Translations under genes and position numbers: made by a program | Notes under the pieces: model-generated | Seen by the model: only the letters and a program-made list of their open reading frames with translations | Told to the model about the DNA's origin: nothing | Databases searched by the model: none | Source: a virus | Lineage: Duplodnaviria > Caudoviricetes | Length of the DNA: 64,000 bases | Strand: one strand, 5' to 3' | Virus record (IMG/VR): IMGVR_UViG_3300014205_005221 | Coordinates: 96,001-160,000 of that record | Shown here: piece by piece, positions 1-9,296 of the stretch | How the letters are laid out: each line of letters opens with the position of its first letter | Numbering within the stretch: position 1 is the stretch's first letter

Positions 1-3000
1 TCATTGACATCCCTGCGGAGCTTTCGAAGCTCCTGTTCCTGCTCTCGACACACCTGCCACAAAAATCCCACAAAGTCCCGGATGTCGATGCCGAGACCAC
101 CCTCAATAGCAGGAGCATCCCTCACCAACTCAGGAAGAACAGCCTGCACATCCTCGGCAATCGGGAAAAAGTGCGGCTTGTGAATTGGCTCATCTAAAGC
201 GTCAGATTCTACAATTTCATATACAGGAGCCTTGGTCTCCACATCCAAGACAGGCATTCCCTTTTGATCCCGCTTGGCAATACGCTGACGAACTTTACGT
301 TTTGCGGGAACAGCTTCACCGGGAACACGCTCGTTCTTGTAATTCCACTGCTTAGACTCAACCGCCATAAGACCCTCGCGGGCGCTGGCAACATTTTCAA
401 AAGAAATCTTCTTCTCGTTCTTCTTGGAACCACGACCCGAAGGCGCATTCCAATATGCAGCATATCCACCGCGCAAAACCGAGTAGTTTTCGTTTCCGTA
501 CAAAAACATCTCAGTGTTGGTAGAAAGAAGAATACCAACGTTACCCGAAATACCATGTAAGAACGGGCCTGAAGTGGAAGGACGAACAATCAATGTTCCC
601 TGGCTGACAACAGCACCGCCAGAGGTGCGTCGAGAAAAACCGATAGTGCCGTTACCCGACACCTGCTGGCCTTCGAGGTTAACCTCACCACCCCAAATGT
701 TCATGTCATCACCGAACGCAGAACACGCAGTACGCGTAACACCGTTCAACTGATTAGCAATAAACGCCTCACCCGGGTAGCAACCCACAGCTCCCAGTCG
801 ACCACTAATGGTCTGCGAACGAATGATGCAAGACGCCCCGCTACCAATACCAGCAGGCTCAGCAGAAATAGTGCAGTAGTTTGTATTGTCCTGGTAAAAA
901 CGAATAGCGTCAGGAGCAGAGCTGCCAGGGTTAATAACAATACGAGTTCCTGTAGAAGCTGTTGTCAGCTCTCCCATAAAGAACGCGCTACCGTTAGTGG
1001 AGTTCAAAAAGAATGTACGAACACCAGCCGCAGTAAACGCCTGCAAGCCAGTACCCGCCGTCATTTCCACCCGAGCGCCGGTGGCAGCAGCACCCGCGAT
1101 GATTCGAGACGACAACACCAGGTCAGCCTGAAGCTTGTCCGCCGTGATCAGACGAGCCGTAAGGTTTGTAGTAGTAATTGTATCAGCGGCAATATTTGTA
1201 CCAGTAATAGTAGCAGCGGCGATTTCAGTAGCAGTCAGAGTCGCTGTCGCAATCTTATCCGCAAGAATAGATCGCGCAGTAATTGCATTACCATTAATGG
1301 TGTTCGCCAGAATCTGATCACCATTGATTTGATTACCCTCAATGATGTTACCGACGATCCGGCCACCTTGGATATACGTACCGAAGATGCGGCCTGCAAA
1401 GAACGATGCTGACGTCAGCGAACCGCCCACGATGGCACCCGACACCGCCGTACCTAACGTGGGCGAGATGCGCGTGACGATGGTGTCCTGCGCACGCACA
1501 GACGCCGATTTGGCCTCCAGGCCCTCCCAAGAGCAGCCCGGCTCACCGCCCGCACAGAACGGCGTGGCGATCTCACGATCCGCCTCCACCTGCACACCGG
1601 ACCACCAGATAGGTGACACCGTGATGCGATTCTGCCGAGCCTGATCTTTGGACGGGTTATGCAAGCGGACCTTGTCCATCACGCCGGTGCACTGCACCTG
1701 CACGCGGGTCCACTGATTCGGCACCACAGGCGTAGCCGACGATGTGCCGCGTCCGAGATTGAGCGTGGAGTCCCGGCCCTCGATCTGCACCCAGCACGCG
1801 ACATCCGACCACACGTAGATCGACAGCAGGTTGTCGAGGGTGTCCGGGATCGGAACCGGGATCAGCGACGACGTCGAGATGCCAGGAGAGCCATCCCACT
1901 GGTAGCCCTCGGAGTCGCCGTCGAAGAATGCGCGGATCGCGGATGTCTGCTCATACAGCACATCCGAAACCTGCAACGTGTCAGTATTGTTGAGCGTCGG
2001 AGCATAAATCTCCAGCTTGGCCGTCACCGCATTCGAGGGTGCGACCTTCACCAGTCCGATCTGCATGACACGGTTGGCGAACAGCGAGAACAGCGACGAC
2101 GAATCTGTCTGAATCACCTCGCTGGTGACGTCGAACCACACGATGCGCGCCTGAACGTACTGCGCCACCGACGCGCGGACCGAACACGAGAACGCCCACT
2201 GCGACAGCCCTGACACCGCGAGCGACGTCGCACGCATCGCAGCCGGGCCGGTGCTGGTCGCCTGCAGCTGCGCGGCGTGAGACTTCACAAAGCCGAGAAC
2301 GGACTCACGAGTGAAGTTCTGGTACGCCACGGGGGACTGCGGAGTGCTAATAGTAAACGTGACATTGTCAATCCAGACAGTGTCAGATCCACCAGTAGTC
2401 GCAGCGTTCTTGATGTAAGTAAATGTAATGTTCTGACCCGGGACCACGGCGTACGCAGCGGACTGGGTCCACACCGCCGATGTACCGGACGCCTGCATCT
2501 GCTGTACACCATTGACGGCAAAACGGAAGAAGTCGTTGACCTCGGACGAGACGCGATACCAGAACTGCACCTGCGTGGCGTTGGCGGGCACCACGAACGT
2601 CGCCACCGAGGACGCGCTGTTACCGATGGTCGACGCCTTGAAACACCACGACCCGGACTGCGGAGTGGTGTTCACCCGCGTCCACGGACCGCTGATCGTG
2701 GTCACATATGTGGTGTCTTCAAAGTCCTCGGTCAGCGACGTGATAACCGGCGGAACAGGGTACAGCGGGGACGACTGCTCCCACCCCGACAGCGTGGTGT
2801 CGAGACCTGGGTTCGTGCTCTTGTTGTAGCGAGTGGCCGCAGGAGAGGTGCCCGTGCCGACCGTGTTCTTGAACGGCACATCGACATACGACGGAGCCGC
2901 AGGGTTCGGGTTGGTGCCACGGAATTTGACCGCGTACTCACCCGCAAAAACATGGCGCTGATCGTCGTATGCCTCACCCGCAACCGCCGTCTCACACTCG

Positions 3001-4700
3001 GAGCTTCCGATGAAGCCCGGGTTGAACGCGAGGTTGCGGGTGGCGCCAGCGATGAACTGAATGCCGTCCTGGGAATTCAAGCTCATGCGAGCGCCGTCGA
3101 TGAGCGAGTCCAGCTGGAACTCACCGAGCGGGGACAAATAGCCGGTGCGCTCTCCGGTCAGTCCGAACAGCTCAATACCGTTCGCGGCATCGAACTCCAG
3201 GCGCTCACCCGTGTCACCGGTACGAAGGGTGAAGCCGCCAGGAGTGAACTCCGCCAACGGCGTGTTGAACGCGTTGTAGGAACGGATACCCGACGAGTCG
3301 ATCTGGATGCGCTCATCGAGAATCTCAGAGACGTCGGTCGGGCCGAGGTAGATGTGTCCAGACGGGCCCATGAAGACCTCGTCCGCATTGAGCGTGCCCG
3401 AGACCAGCTTGCCGACACCCAGCGATGCGACCACCCGGTCGATGACCGAGCCGTCGGCCAGCGCGACCTCACCGACCGCTCCCGCAGCGATAGCCGCAGC
3501 CACCACAGCACCCGGGCTCAGCTCGGTCGAGGTGATCGACGCGTTCTTGATGTTGTAGCCGTAGACGGTCTCCGCCGCGATGTTGCCCACGCCAGGACCG
3601 TTCCCGCCGGTGATCGTGTCATACGCGATCTGGGTGCCGATGAGACCGGACGCCGCCGAGGTCACCACGCGATCGGTGCCAATGTACATCCGGTCCGACT
3701 CTGCCAACGAGCCGCGCAACACCGGACCACCGGTACCGAGCTGCAGCTCCGCCTTGTTGACGTCGGAGACGCCCTCCAGGATCACCCGGTTGGGGTGCGC
3801 CGGAAGGTCGGTGCGGATGTGGGCGGCGCCGCCGAGCTTTGCTGTGTAGCTCGACGGGAACACCGGCTCCGCCGCGAACGTGGCGATACCCGAGACACCC
3901 AGCGCCGAGAGCAGGAACGAATCTCCGGCGACCTGAACGCCCGCCAGGAAGTTGCCCTGGTTCGTAACCGTGAGCGCACCCTGGATGGCCAGAGAGCCCG
4001 CTGTGCCAGAGTTACCAGCCAGGGACGAGATCGATCCGCCGAACGTAGCGTTGCCAGAGCCGTCGACGGAGAACAGCAGCTGACCGTTGGTCTTCTCCGC
4101 GAGGATCGCTCCACCGCCACCACGCAGACGCAGCACCGTGTCATTGCCAGCGGTCTGCATAGACACAGCGGAAGCCGCAAGATCCGTACCGATAGACACA
4201 TGCGTGCTGTCCACCCGGAACCGCTGCACGCCGTCTCGGAGAACGCGGAAAACATCGCCCGCATGATCGAAATCGACATCAAGCGTCAGAGCGGGAGATG
4301 CGGGAGAAGCTCCGTAAAGCTTCATCGACGTGATGGCATCGATGAAGTCCGCGAACTTCGACCCCGTCACCGCGCCAGCCGCCAGCTCCAGCTCGGTCAC
4401 CGAATTCGACGCCAGCTCATCGGTGGTGACGGTGTTGAGCATGAGCTTCTCGCCGGGGATGGAGCGATCATCGATCGACCCGCCATCACCGCCACCGGTG
4501 GGCTCCGCCGACGCGACGAGCAGCGTGGTCTCTTCGTCGACCTTGATGTACGCCTTCTTCTCATCCGTGCGAATCCACAGCAGACCGAGATCCGGAGCTG
4601 CAGGGTCGGATGAGAACCGAGGATTCAACGGCGTGCGCTGCGCGCCGGACTTCGCCAGCGACATGAGCCGCTTGATGGACTCAGCCTGCGGATCAATCAT
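1..4700 (-). CDS. Large tail spike/fibre (receptor-binding) protein with C-terminal intramolecular chaperone (peptidase S74-like); 3' end truncated by window edge
   Basis: Not in ORF track. ATG at 4700 overlaps upstream stop (ATGA) and the frame is open to position 1 (MIDPQAESIKRL...). Contains ITADK-type repeats, carbohydrate-binding-like segments (NQWTRVQV), and a C-terminal PSGRGSKKNE...FPIAEDVQAVLPELV...LWQVCREQEQELRKL resembling S74 chaperones. Confidence 0.85.
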   Translation of the reverse strand, partial: MIDPQAESIKRLMSLAKSGAQRTPLNPRFSSDPAAPDLGLLWIRTDEKKAYIKVDEETTLLVASAEPTGGGDGGSIDDRSIPGEKLMLNTVTTDELASNSVTELELAAGAVTGSKFADFIDAITSMKLYGASPASPALTLDVDFDHAGDVFRVLRDGVQRFRVDSTHVSIGTDLAASAVSMQTAGNDTVLRLRGGGGAILAEKTNGQLLFSVDGSGNATFGGSISSLAGNSGTAGSLAIQGALTVTNQGNFLAGVQVAGDSFLLSALGVSGIATFAAEPVFPSSYTAKLGGAAHIRTDLPAHPNRVILEGVSDVNKAELQLGTGGPVLRGSLAESDRMYIGTDRVVTSAASGLIGTQIAYDTITGGNGPGVGNIAAETVYGYNIKNASITSTELSPGAVVAAAIAAGAVGEVALADGSVIDRVVASLGVGKLVSGTLNADEVFMGPSGHIYLGPTDVSEILDERIQIDSSGIRSYNAFNTPLAEFTPGGFTLRTGDTGERLEFDAANGIELFGLTGERTGYLSPLGEFQLDSLIDGARMSLNSQDGIQFIAGATRNLAFNPGFIGSSECETAVAGEAYDDQRHVFAGEYAVKFRGTNPNPAAPSYVDVPFKNTVGTGTSPAATRYNKSTNPGLDTTLSGWEQSSPLYPVPPVITSLTEDFEDTTYVTTISGPWTRVNTTPQSGSWCFKASTIGNSASSVATFVVPANATQVQFWYRVSSEVNDFFRFAVNGVQQMQASGTSAVWTQSAAYAVVPGQNITFTYIKNAATTGGSDTVWIDNVTFTISTPQSPVAYQNFTRESVLGFVKSHAAQLQATSTGPAAMRATSLAVSGLSQWAFSCSVRASVAQYVQARIVWFDVTSEVIQTDSSSLFSLFANRVMQIGLVKVAPSNAVTAKLEIYAPTLNNTDTLQVSDVLYEQTSAIRAFFDGDSEGYQWDGSPGISTSSLIPVPIPDTLDNLLSIYVWSDVACWVQIEGRDSTLNLGRGTSSATPVVPNQWTRVQVQCTGVMDKVRLHNPSKDQARQNRITVSPIWWSGVQVEADREIATPFCAGGEPGCSWEGLEAKSASVRAQDTIVTRISPTLGTAVSGAIVGGSLTSASFFAGRIFGTYIQGGRIVGNIIEGNQINGDQILANTINGNAITARSILADKIATATLTATEIAAATITGTNIAADTITTTNLTARLITADKLQADLVLSSRIIAGAAATGARVEMTAGTGLQAFTAAGVRTFFLNSTNGSAFFMGELTTASTGTRIVINPGSSAPDAIRFYQDNTNYCTISAEPAGIGSGASCIIRSQTISGRLGAVGCYPGEAFIANQLNGVTRTACSAFGDDMNIWGGEVNLEGQQVSGNGTIGFSRRTSGGAVVSQGTLIVRPSTSGPFLHGISGNVGILLSTNTEMFLYGNENYSVLRGGYAAYWNAPSGRGSKKNEKKISFENVASAREGLMAVESKQWNYKNERVPGEAVPAKRKVRQRIAKRDQKGMPVLDVETKAPVYEIVESDALDEPIHKPHFFPIAEDVQAVLPELVRDAPAIEGGLGIDIRDFVGFLWQVCREQEQELRKLRRDVN

Positions 4701-5827
4701 GTTGTACTCACTGACGTGTCATCCAGCTTGGACTCGAAGTCAATCTTGACGGTCTCCGCGCCCGGCGAATCCGCCGAACCGTTGGGAACCGACACGGTGA
4801 TCTTTTCAACGCTGAAGTCACCATCTACGTGCACATAGCCGTCGTCGATCGAAACGTGACACTGATGCCCGGGGCGGAGCACACCGAGCACGGGATCGCT
4901 TCCCGCCTGCATGGTCACCGACGGCTGCGACGGCGAACCCGACAGCCGCTTGAGCTGGTTCACCGCCAGGTTGAGCACTCCCTCGTCACCGAGCAGCTCG
5001 CGGTTCTCGATGGACGACTCGATGCGCGGCTGTCGGGCCAGTGCGTCATCATTTTGAGCGGTGCGGCGCAGCATGGCCTCGTTGTCGAAGCCGCCGAAAC
5101 CATCGACGAAGTTCGGGGACGGAGACAGCGGAGTCCAGTCGTAGTCATCGACGTTGCCTCCATAAATGAGCCGATGCGGTGTCGGAATCGGGTGCACCGC
5201 GTCGATGACCAGCCGGAAGCCGAGAACGTTGCCCGGCTGCCACTCACCCTCGATGCGGAAAGAGAACGCCGGGTTCATCTTCAGCAGCGTCTCGGCGGTC
5301 TCCACCACGCCCTTGTTCTCCCACCACGGGACCTTGTAGGACTGTGGCGGGCCGCCGACGGTCTCAGAGCCGATGGACACGCCCAGATCCCCCGCCGGAC
5401 CCATCTGCGCGTATGTCAAAAGATTGCGGAGCATGAAACCGCGATCCTGGTTGATCCAGTCGAGAGTCTGTCGCACCCGGCGATGCCCGAAGATCGACCA
5501 GACCTCCTGCGCTACGACATTCAGATTCTTGCCCGAACGCGTGGGCTGCCACAGGAACCCGCACCAGAACGGCTTGCCCAGCCGCTCAACCACCAGGTAG
5601 GTCTCCTGCGCCTTGAGGTAGCGCGTATTCGGATCATAAAGATCTAAAGTAGCACCGAACTCGCCTGCGACATTGTTCTGAAACGTGTACCCAACGTCAG
5701 CAAACTTGAACTCATGTGTGATACGACGAGACGCAAAATCGACCGCGAGATACCGCGTTCCCCGGCTGCGGTTCTGCGCAGCCACACGTACGGCATACGG
5801 ATCGTCAATAATCGTAGAATCTGGCAT
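4697..5827 (-). CDS. Minor tail protein (tail-tip hub/Tal-like)
   Basis: 376 aa; position between Dit and spike; composition typical of actinophage hub proteins. Confidence 0.75.
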   Translation of the reverse strand: MPDSTIIDDPYAVRVAAQNRSRGTRYLAVDFASRRITHEFKFADVGYTFQNNVAGEFGATLDLYDPNTRYLKAQETYLVVERLGKPFWCGFLWQPTRSGKNLNVVAQEVWSIFGHRRVRQTLDWINQDRGFMLRNLLTYAQMGPAGDLGVSIGSETVGGPPQSYKVPWWENKGVVETAETLLKMNPAFSFRIEGEWQPGNVLGFRLVIDAVHPIPTPHRLIYGGNVDDYDWTPLSPSPNFVDGFGGFDNEAMLRRTAQNDDALARQPRIESSIENRELLGDEGVLNLAVNQLKRLSGSPSQPSVTMQAGSDPVLGVLRPGHQCHVSIDDGYVHVDGDFSVEKITVSVPNGSADSPGAETVKIDFESKLDDTSVSTT

Positions 5828-5846
5828 TAGATGCTCTCTACTCAGC

Positions 5847-6770
5847 TCAGGTGGGCTGCTCGTAAACTCGAATTTCGTGAGTCACTACACTCTGCTGGGT
5901 CTCAAAAGTCATTGCAGTAGTCTGAGAACCCACACGCTGCACCTGCAGCTGAGAGAATGGCGTAGTCAATGCAGGAAGAACGTATTCTCCGCTGACCAAG
6001 TAGTTGAACATTCCTGCGCTGTAAAGCTTCTGCGGAAACGGAACAGTCTTGCACTGATCGTCTCCCGACGAGTTGCCCAGAATGGCCCGCATCAACGCTT
6101 CACCGGCTGCGAGAATGCGCGCGGTCGAACTGATCTTGTGGTGGCAACGGTGACCACCGTGACGCGCCCAGAACGGCCAGTTGGGAAGAAAGAACCCATT
6201 AATGTTGATGTAAGTGTTCTGATTTACAACAACAGTGGTGTTCTGAACAATAGTAATCTGATTGACATACTCCCGAGGCTTTACCATCTCCCGACGATCC
6301 GTGATCTTCGAAGGAGAGGACGCGTTCGGATTGATCACAATGTCCGAGAGCAGCATCGAGCGATCCGGAAGGGCGGGCAACGGTGGGTTGTTGCTGGCCG
6401 AGTTCGCTCCAGGGACAACCTCGATGTTGAAAGAATTATCGCCGTCGCCGGATACCAGGGACGCATCGCGAACCCGGGCGATGATTGCGTCACGTCGGTA
6501 CTGAGTAGAAGACGCGGTACCGAGGTTGAGAACAGTGTCTTCATCCTGCGTACAGTGATAGCTGCCGTTGAAAGACACGTCCGAGTAGATGACGCCGCGA
6601 CCAGGACCGATCGTCACACTCATCGGCGTAGCACCGCCGCCAGTAGTGGTCCGGAACGAATCAGGCGTGACGATTCCGGTGGCCCCGGCGCCCCACTGAT
6701 CCTCGATCTGCAGGCGATCGGTGACCGCGTCGACGCCCACGGCCTGGGCGTATGCAAAACGCGCAGTCAT
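5847..6770 (-). CDS. Minor tail protein
   Basis: 307 aa; MSVTIGPGRG...RRDAIIARVRD...PALP...ITDRR motif typical of actinophage minor tail proteins. Confidence 0.75.
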   Translation of the reverse strand: MTARFAYAQAVGVDAVTDRLQIEDQWGAGATGIVTPDSFRTTTGGGATPMSVTIGPGRGVIYSDVSFNGSYHCTQDEDTVLNLGTASSTQYRRDAIIARVRDASLVSGDGDNSFNIEVVPGANSASNNPPLPALPDRSMLLSDIVINPNASSPSKITDRREMVKPREYVNQITIVQNTTVVVNQNTYININGFFLPNWPFWARHGGHRCHHKISSTARILAAGEALMRAILGNSSGDDQCKTVPFPQKLYSAGMFNYLVSGEYVLPALTTPFSQLQVQRVGSQTTAMTFETQQSVVTHEIRVYEQPT

Positions 6771-6785
6771 GTCAAATCCTTCCGA

Positions 6786-9296
6786 TCACAGGTACGCAGG
6801 CTCCCAGCGCCACACGACATAGCCCGACTCCGAATAGCCTTCGTGCGAGAACTGCAGTCGCTGGTAACCCGGGCGGGCATGCAGCCAGTCCGTAGTGCGG
6901 TCCAACCACCAGTACCGAGAACCCGTGCCGACCAGCTCAACTGTTCGCTCAGTGAAATCAATGCGGATAACGTCATCAGCAGACAAGTCAATATCGTTAA
7001 TGAGACGGAAACGCTCATTGGTGTCCATGTTGAAAAGAACTGGATTCACCAGATCTCCATGAAGCTCCGCTACCAGCCGAGCCTCATGTGTTCCGTCATT
7101 GAAAAGCGTGAAGATTCCGGTCGAGCCGAAGTTTCCGTACTCCAGCCGATACGTACGCGGGTAGCGCCGAAGCCCACCGGGGGTCCGCACGATCACCGGA
7201 TCCGAATGCTGCTCTTCAGCACGCCAGAACGGATCGTTCATCATCAGATCGACGGTGAACGTCGCGCGCATAGGACCCGTAGGGTTCAGGTCCATCTGCG
7301 ACATGGGCTCGACCCACGTCCGCATCTTCATGATTCCGTAGCGCGTCGGAACACGGCGGATCAACATGATCTGCCTGTCCCACACCGCAAAAAGCTGCTT
7401 CAGCTTGTTGTAGTGCTCCCAGAACTGAGTGCGCAAGTAAATGTCCTCGGGAATGTCTCCATTCACCGTGGTGCCCTGCACCCACATCGCCAGCGACAGC
7501 TGCTTCTGGTCCGGAGTCTTAGGGATCCAACGCCGACCCGGGCGCGACGAGATACGGATGTTCTCGGTGTCAGCCACCGGGATGCCCTCGCGACCTGCCA
7601 GCGTGGAGATGTTGAACGCCAGCGTGGCAAGCGAGACCGGAGAGTCGTAGACCCACTCTCCACGGACCAGGCGGCCGGGATCGACTTCCCAATACTCCTT
7701 AGTGGTGTAAAGGAGATGGCCGTCATCGTCGTAGCCGAACTGCTCCGAGTCCTCGGAGTAGACCTGACGGTCCGAACCCGGAAGGGGCTCGGCAGGCAGC
7801 ACAGACACGCCCGTGAACGCCGTGAGGCCCAGATCCGGCATGGTCGCGGTGATCGCCGCCGATCCCTCGCCCACGGCCGTCACGAGACCCGAGGAATTGA
7901 CCGTCGCGACCGACGGATCCGAGGTCGACCAGATCACGCTCACCGGAGATGCCGTAGCACCGCTGGAGTACTGGATCGTCGCGTACATCTGCTGCGTGAC
8001 GAGCGCGTGCTGGACCAGAGTCAGAACACCCTGGCGAGGCTCAACGTAGGTCGATGTGATGACCTCGCCGAACTCTTCATCCAGCGACATCCAGTGCTGA
8101 TGAATCCGGCCGTCATCGAGGTCGCGCGGGTAGACCGCGACCTCATCGAGGGTGGCTGCTACGTCATTGTTGGGAGCGAATACCAGAGCGCCGGACCCGA
8201 CACCATCATAGTTCGTGTCCGCAAAAGCAAGAATGTCCTCACCATCAACGTAAATGGTAAGAAGGCCATCGTTGTACGTAAAAGCGTAGTGATGCCACTG
8301 GTTATCCTGCCACGGCGCATTGACCTGAGCACCCGTGGAAGAACCGACCGGCATAAACCCGATCTGCGTCGTCCCGACCGTCGCGATCTTCCACTTATCC
8401 GTGGCGAACAGCGTGCCGCCAGTATCGGTGTCAAAACGCGCGAGGAACTCAAAGGTCCACTGGCCGAGCCCTACGGTGCCCAAATCCCAGGCGCCGTTGC
8501 CACCAACCACCGTGGCCGACCCGGCGGCAGCGAACTGCGACGCACCATCCCCGTCTTCCGGCCGAGACGTCACATTGTAAGTAACACCCGACGCGGAATA
8601 GTCGCCTCGGTAGATACCGTTTTCATCGACCATGTAACGGCGAGTGAATGTAGTATCCATACGAGACTGCGACTTGCCTACAGTTCCCAACCACACACAG
8701 TTGGCCGAGCCACCATCGAAATACGTCCCCAGCGTCGACGTCGCCTCGTAATGGACTCCGTCAACCTCCAGGCGATCAGTATTGGTAAGTGACTCCACCA
8801 CCGCGAGCGCGCGCAGCTTCACGCCGTTCGCCGGAACCGTGTGCACCTGCGAGACCCGGGTCCAGGTATTCGCGGGGATAGAGATCGGTGTGCCGACCAC
8901 CAGGCCGACCACGGAATCGTTGGAGCGCAGCGACTCCACGTTCACCGAGACGGTCTGCGCGCGGTTGACCCGAACCCAGTAGGACACCACGTACGACGTG
9001 CCCGCTGTAGCAGCGGTTGTCGGCATCGTGATCCACGACTTGAAAGACCAGTTCGCAGTTGCTGTCGCACGGTAATACGACGAGCCCTGCTGACCGCCGC
9101 TGGTCTGCCTGGATCCAGCGAAAGCCGCGTTATTGAGCGAGCTGCCATACCGCTGCGTGCTGTAACCCGTGGTGTCAACCTCGACCGACGGGTTGGGACA
9201 CAGGTTGAACCGCGAAATGACTTCGTCGAACGGTGCATCCGACATGCGCCAGTACGCCAGCGGGCCGTCCAGCAGGATCTCGGTGTAGAGGCTCAC
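6786..9296 (-). CDS. Extended distal tail (Dit)-like protein with CBM-like, LamG and Ig-like domains
   Basis: 836 aa directly after tape measure; PLAYWRM...QWHHYAFTY...LDEVAVYPRDL (LamG), NLCPNPSVE (CBM-like), WSTSDPSVATVNSSGLVTAVGEG (Big_2 Ig), C-terminal DPFW...W(EP)AYL Dit-like. Confidence 0.8.
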   Translation of the reverse strand: MSLYTEILLDGPLAYWRMSDAPFDEVISRFNLCPNPSVEVDTTGYSTQRYGSSLNNAAFAGSRQTSGGQQGSSYYRATATANWSFKSWITMPTTAATAGTSYVVSYWVRVNRAQTVSVNVESLRSNDSVVGLVVGTPISIPANTWTRVSQVHTVPANGVKLRALAVVESLTNTDRLEVDGVHYEATSTLGTYFDGGSANCVWLGTVGKSQSRMDTTFTRRYMVDENGIYRGDYSASGVTYNVTSRPEDGDGASQFAAAGSATVVGGNGAWDLGTVGLGQWTFEFLARFDTDTGGTLFATDKWKIATVGTTQIGFMPVGSSTGAQVNAPWQDNQWHHYAFTYNDGLLTIYVDGEDILAFADTNYDGVGSGALVFAPNNDVAATLDEVAVYPRDLDDGRIHQHWMSLDEEFGEVITSTYVEPRQGVLTLVQHALVTQQMYATIQYSSGATASPVSVIWSTSDPSVATVNSSGLVTAVGEGSAAITATMPDLGLTAFTGVSVLPAEPLPGSDRQVYSEDSEQFGYDDDGHLLYTTKEYWEVDPGRLVRGEWVYDSPVSLATLAFNISTLAGREGIPVADTENIRISSRPGRRWIPKTPDQKQLSLAMWVQGTTVNGDIPEDIYLRTQFWEHYNKLKQLFAVWDRQIMLIRRVPTRYGIMKMRTWVEPMSQMDLNPTGPMRATFTVDLMMNDPFWRAEEQHSDPVIVRTPGGLRRYPRTYRLEYGNFGSTGIFTLFNDGTHEARLVAELHGDLVNPVLFNMDTNERFRLINDIDLSADDVIRIDFTERTVELVGTGSRYWWLDRTTDWLHARPGYQRLQFSHEGYSESGYVVWRWEPAYL

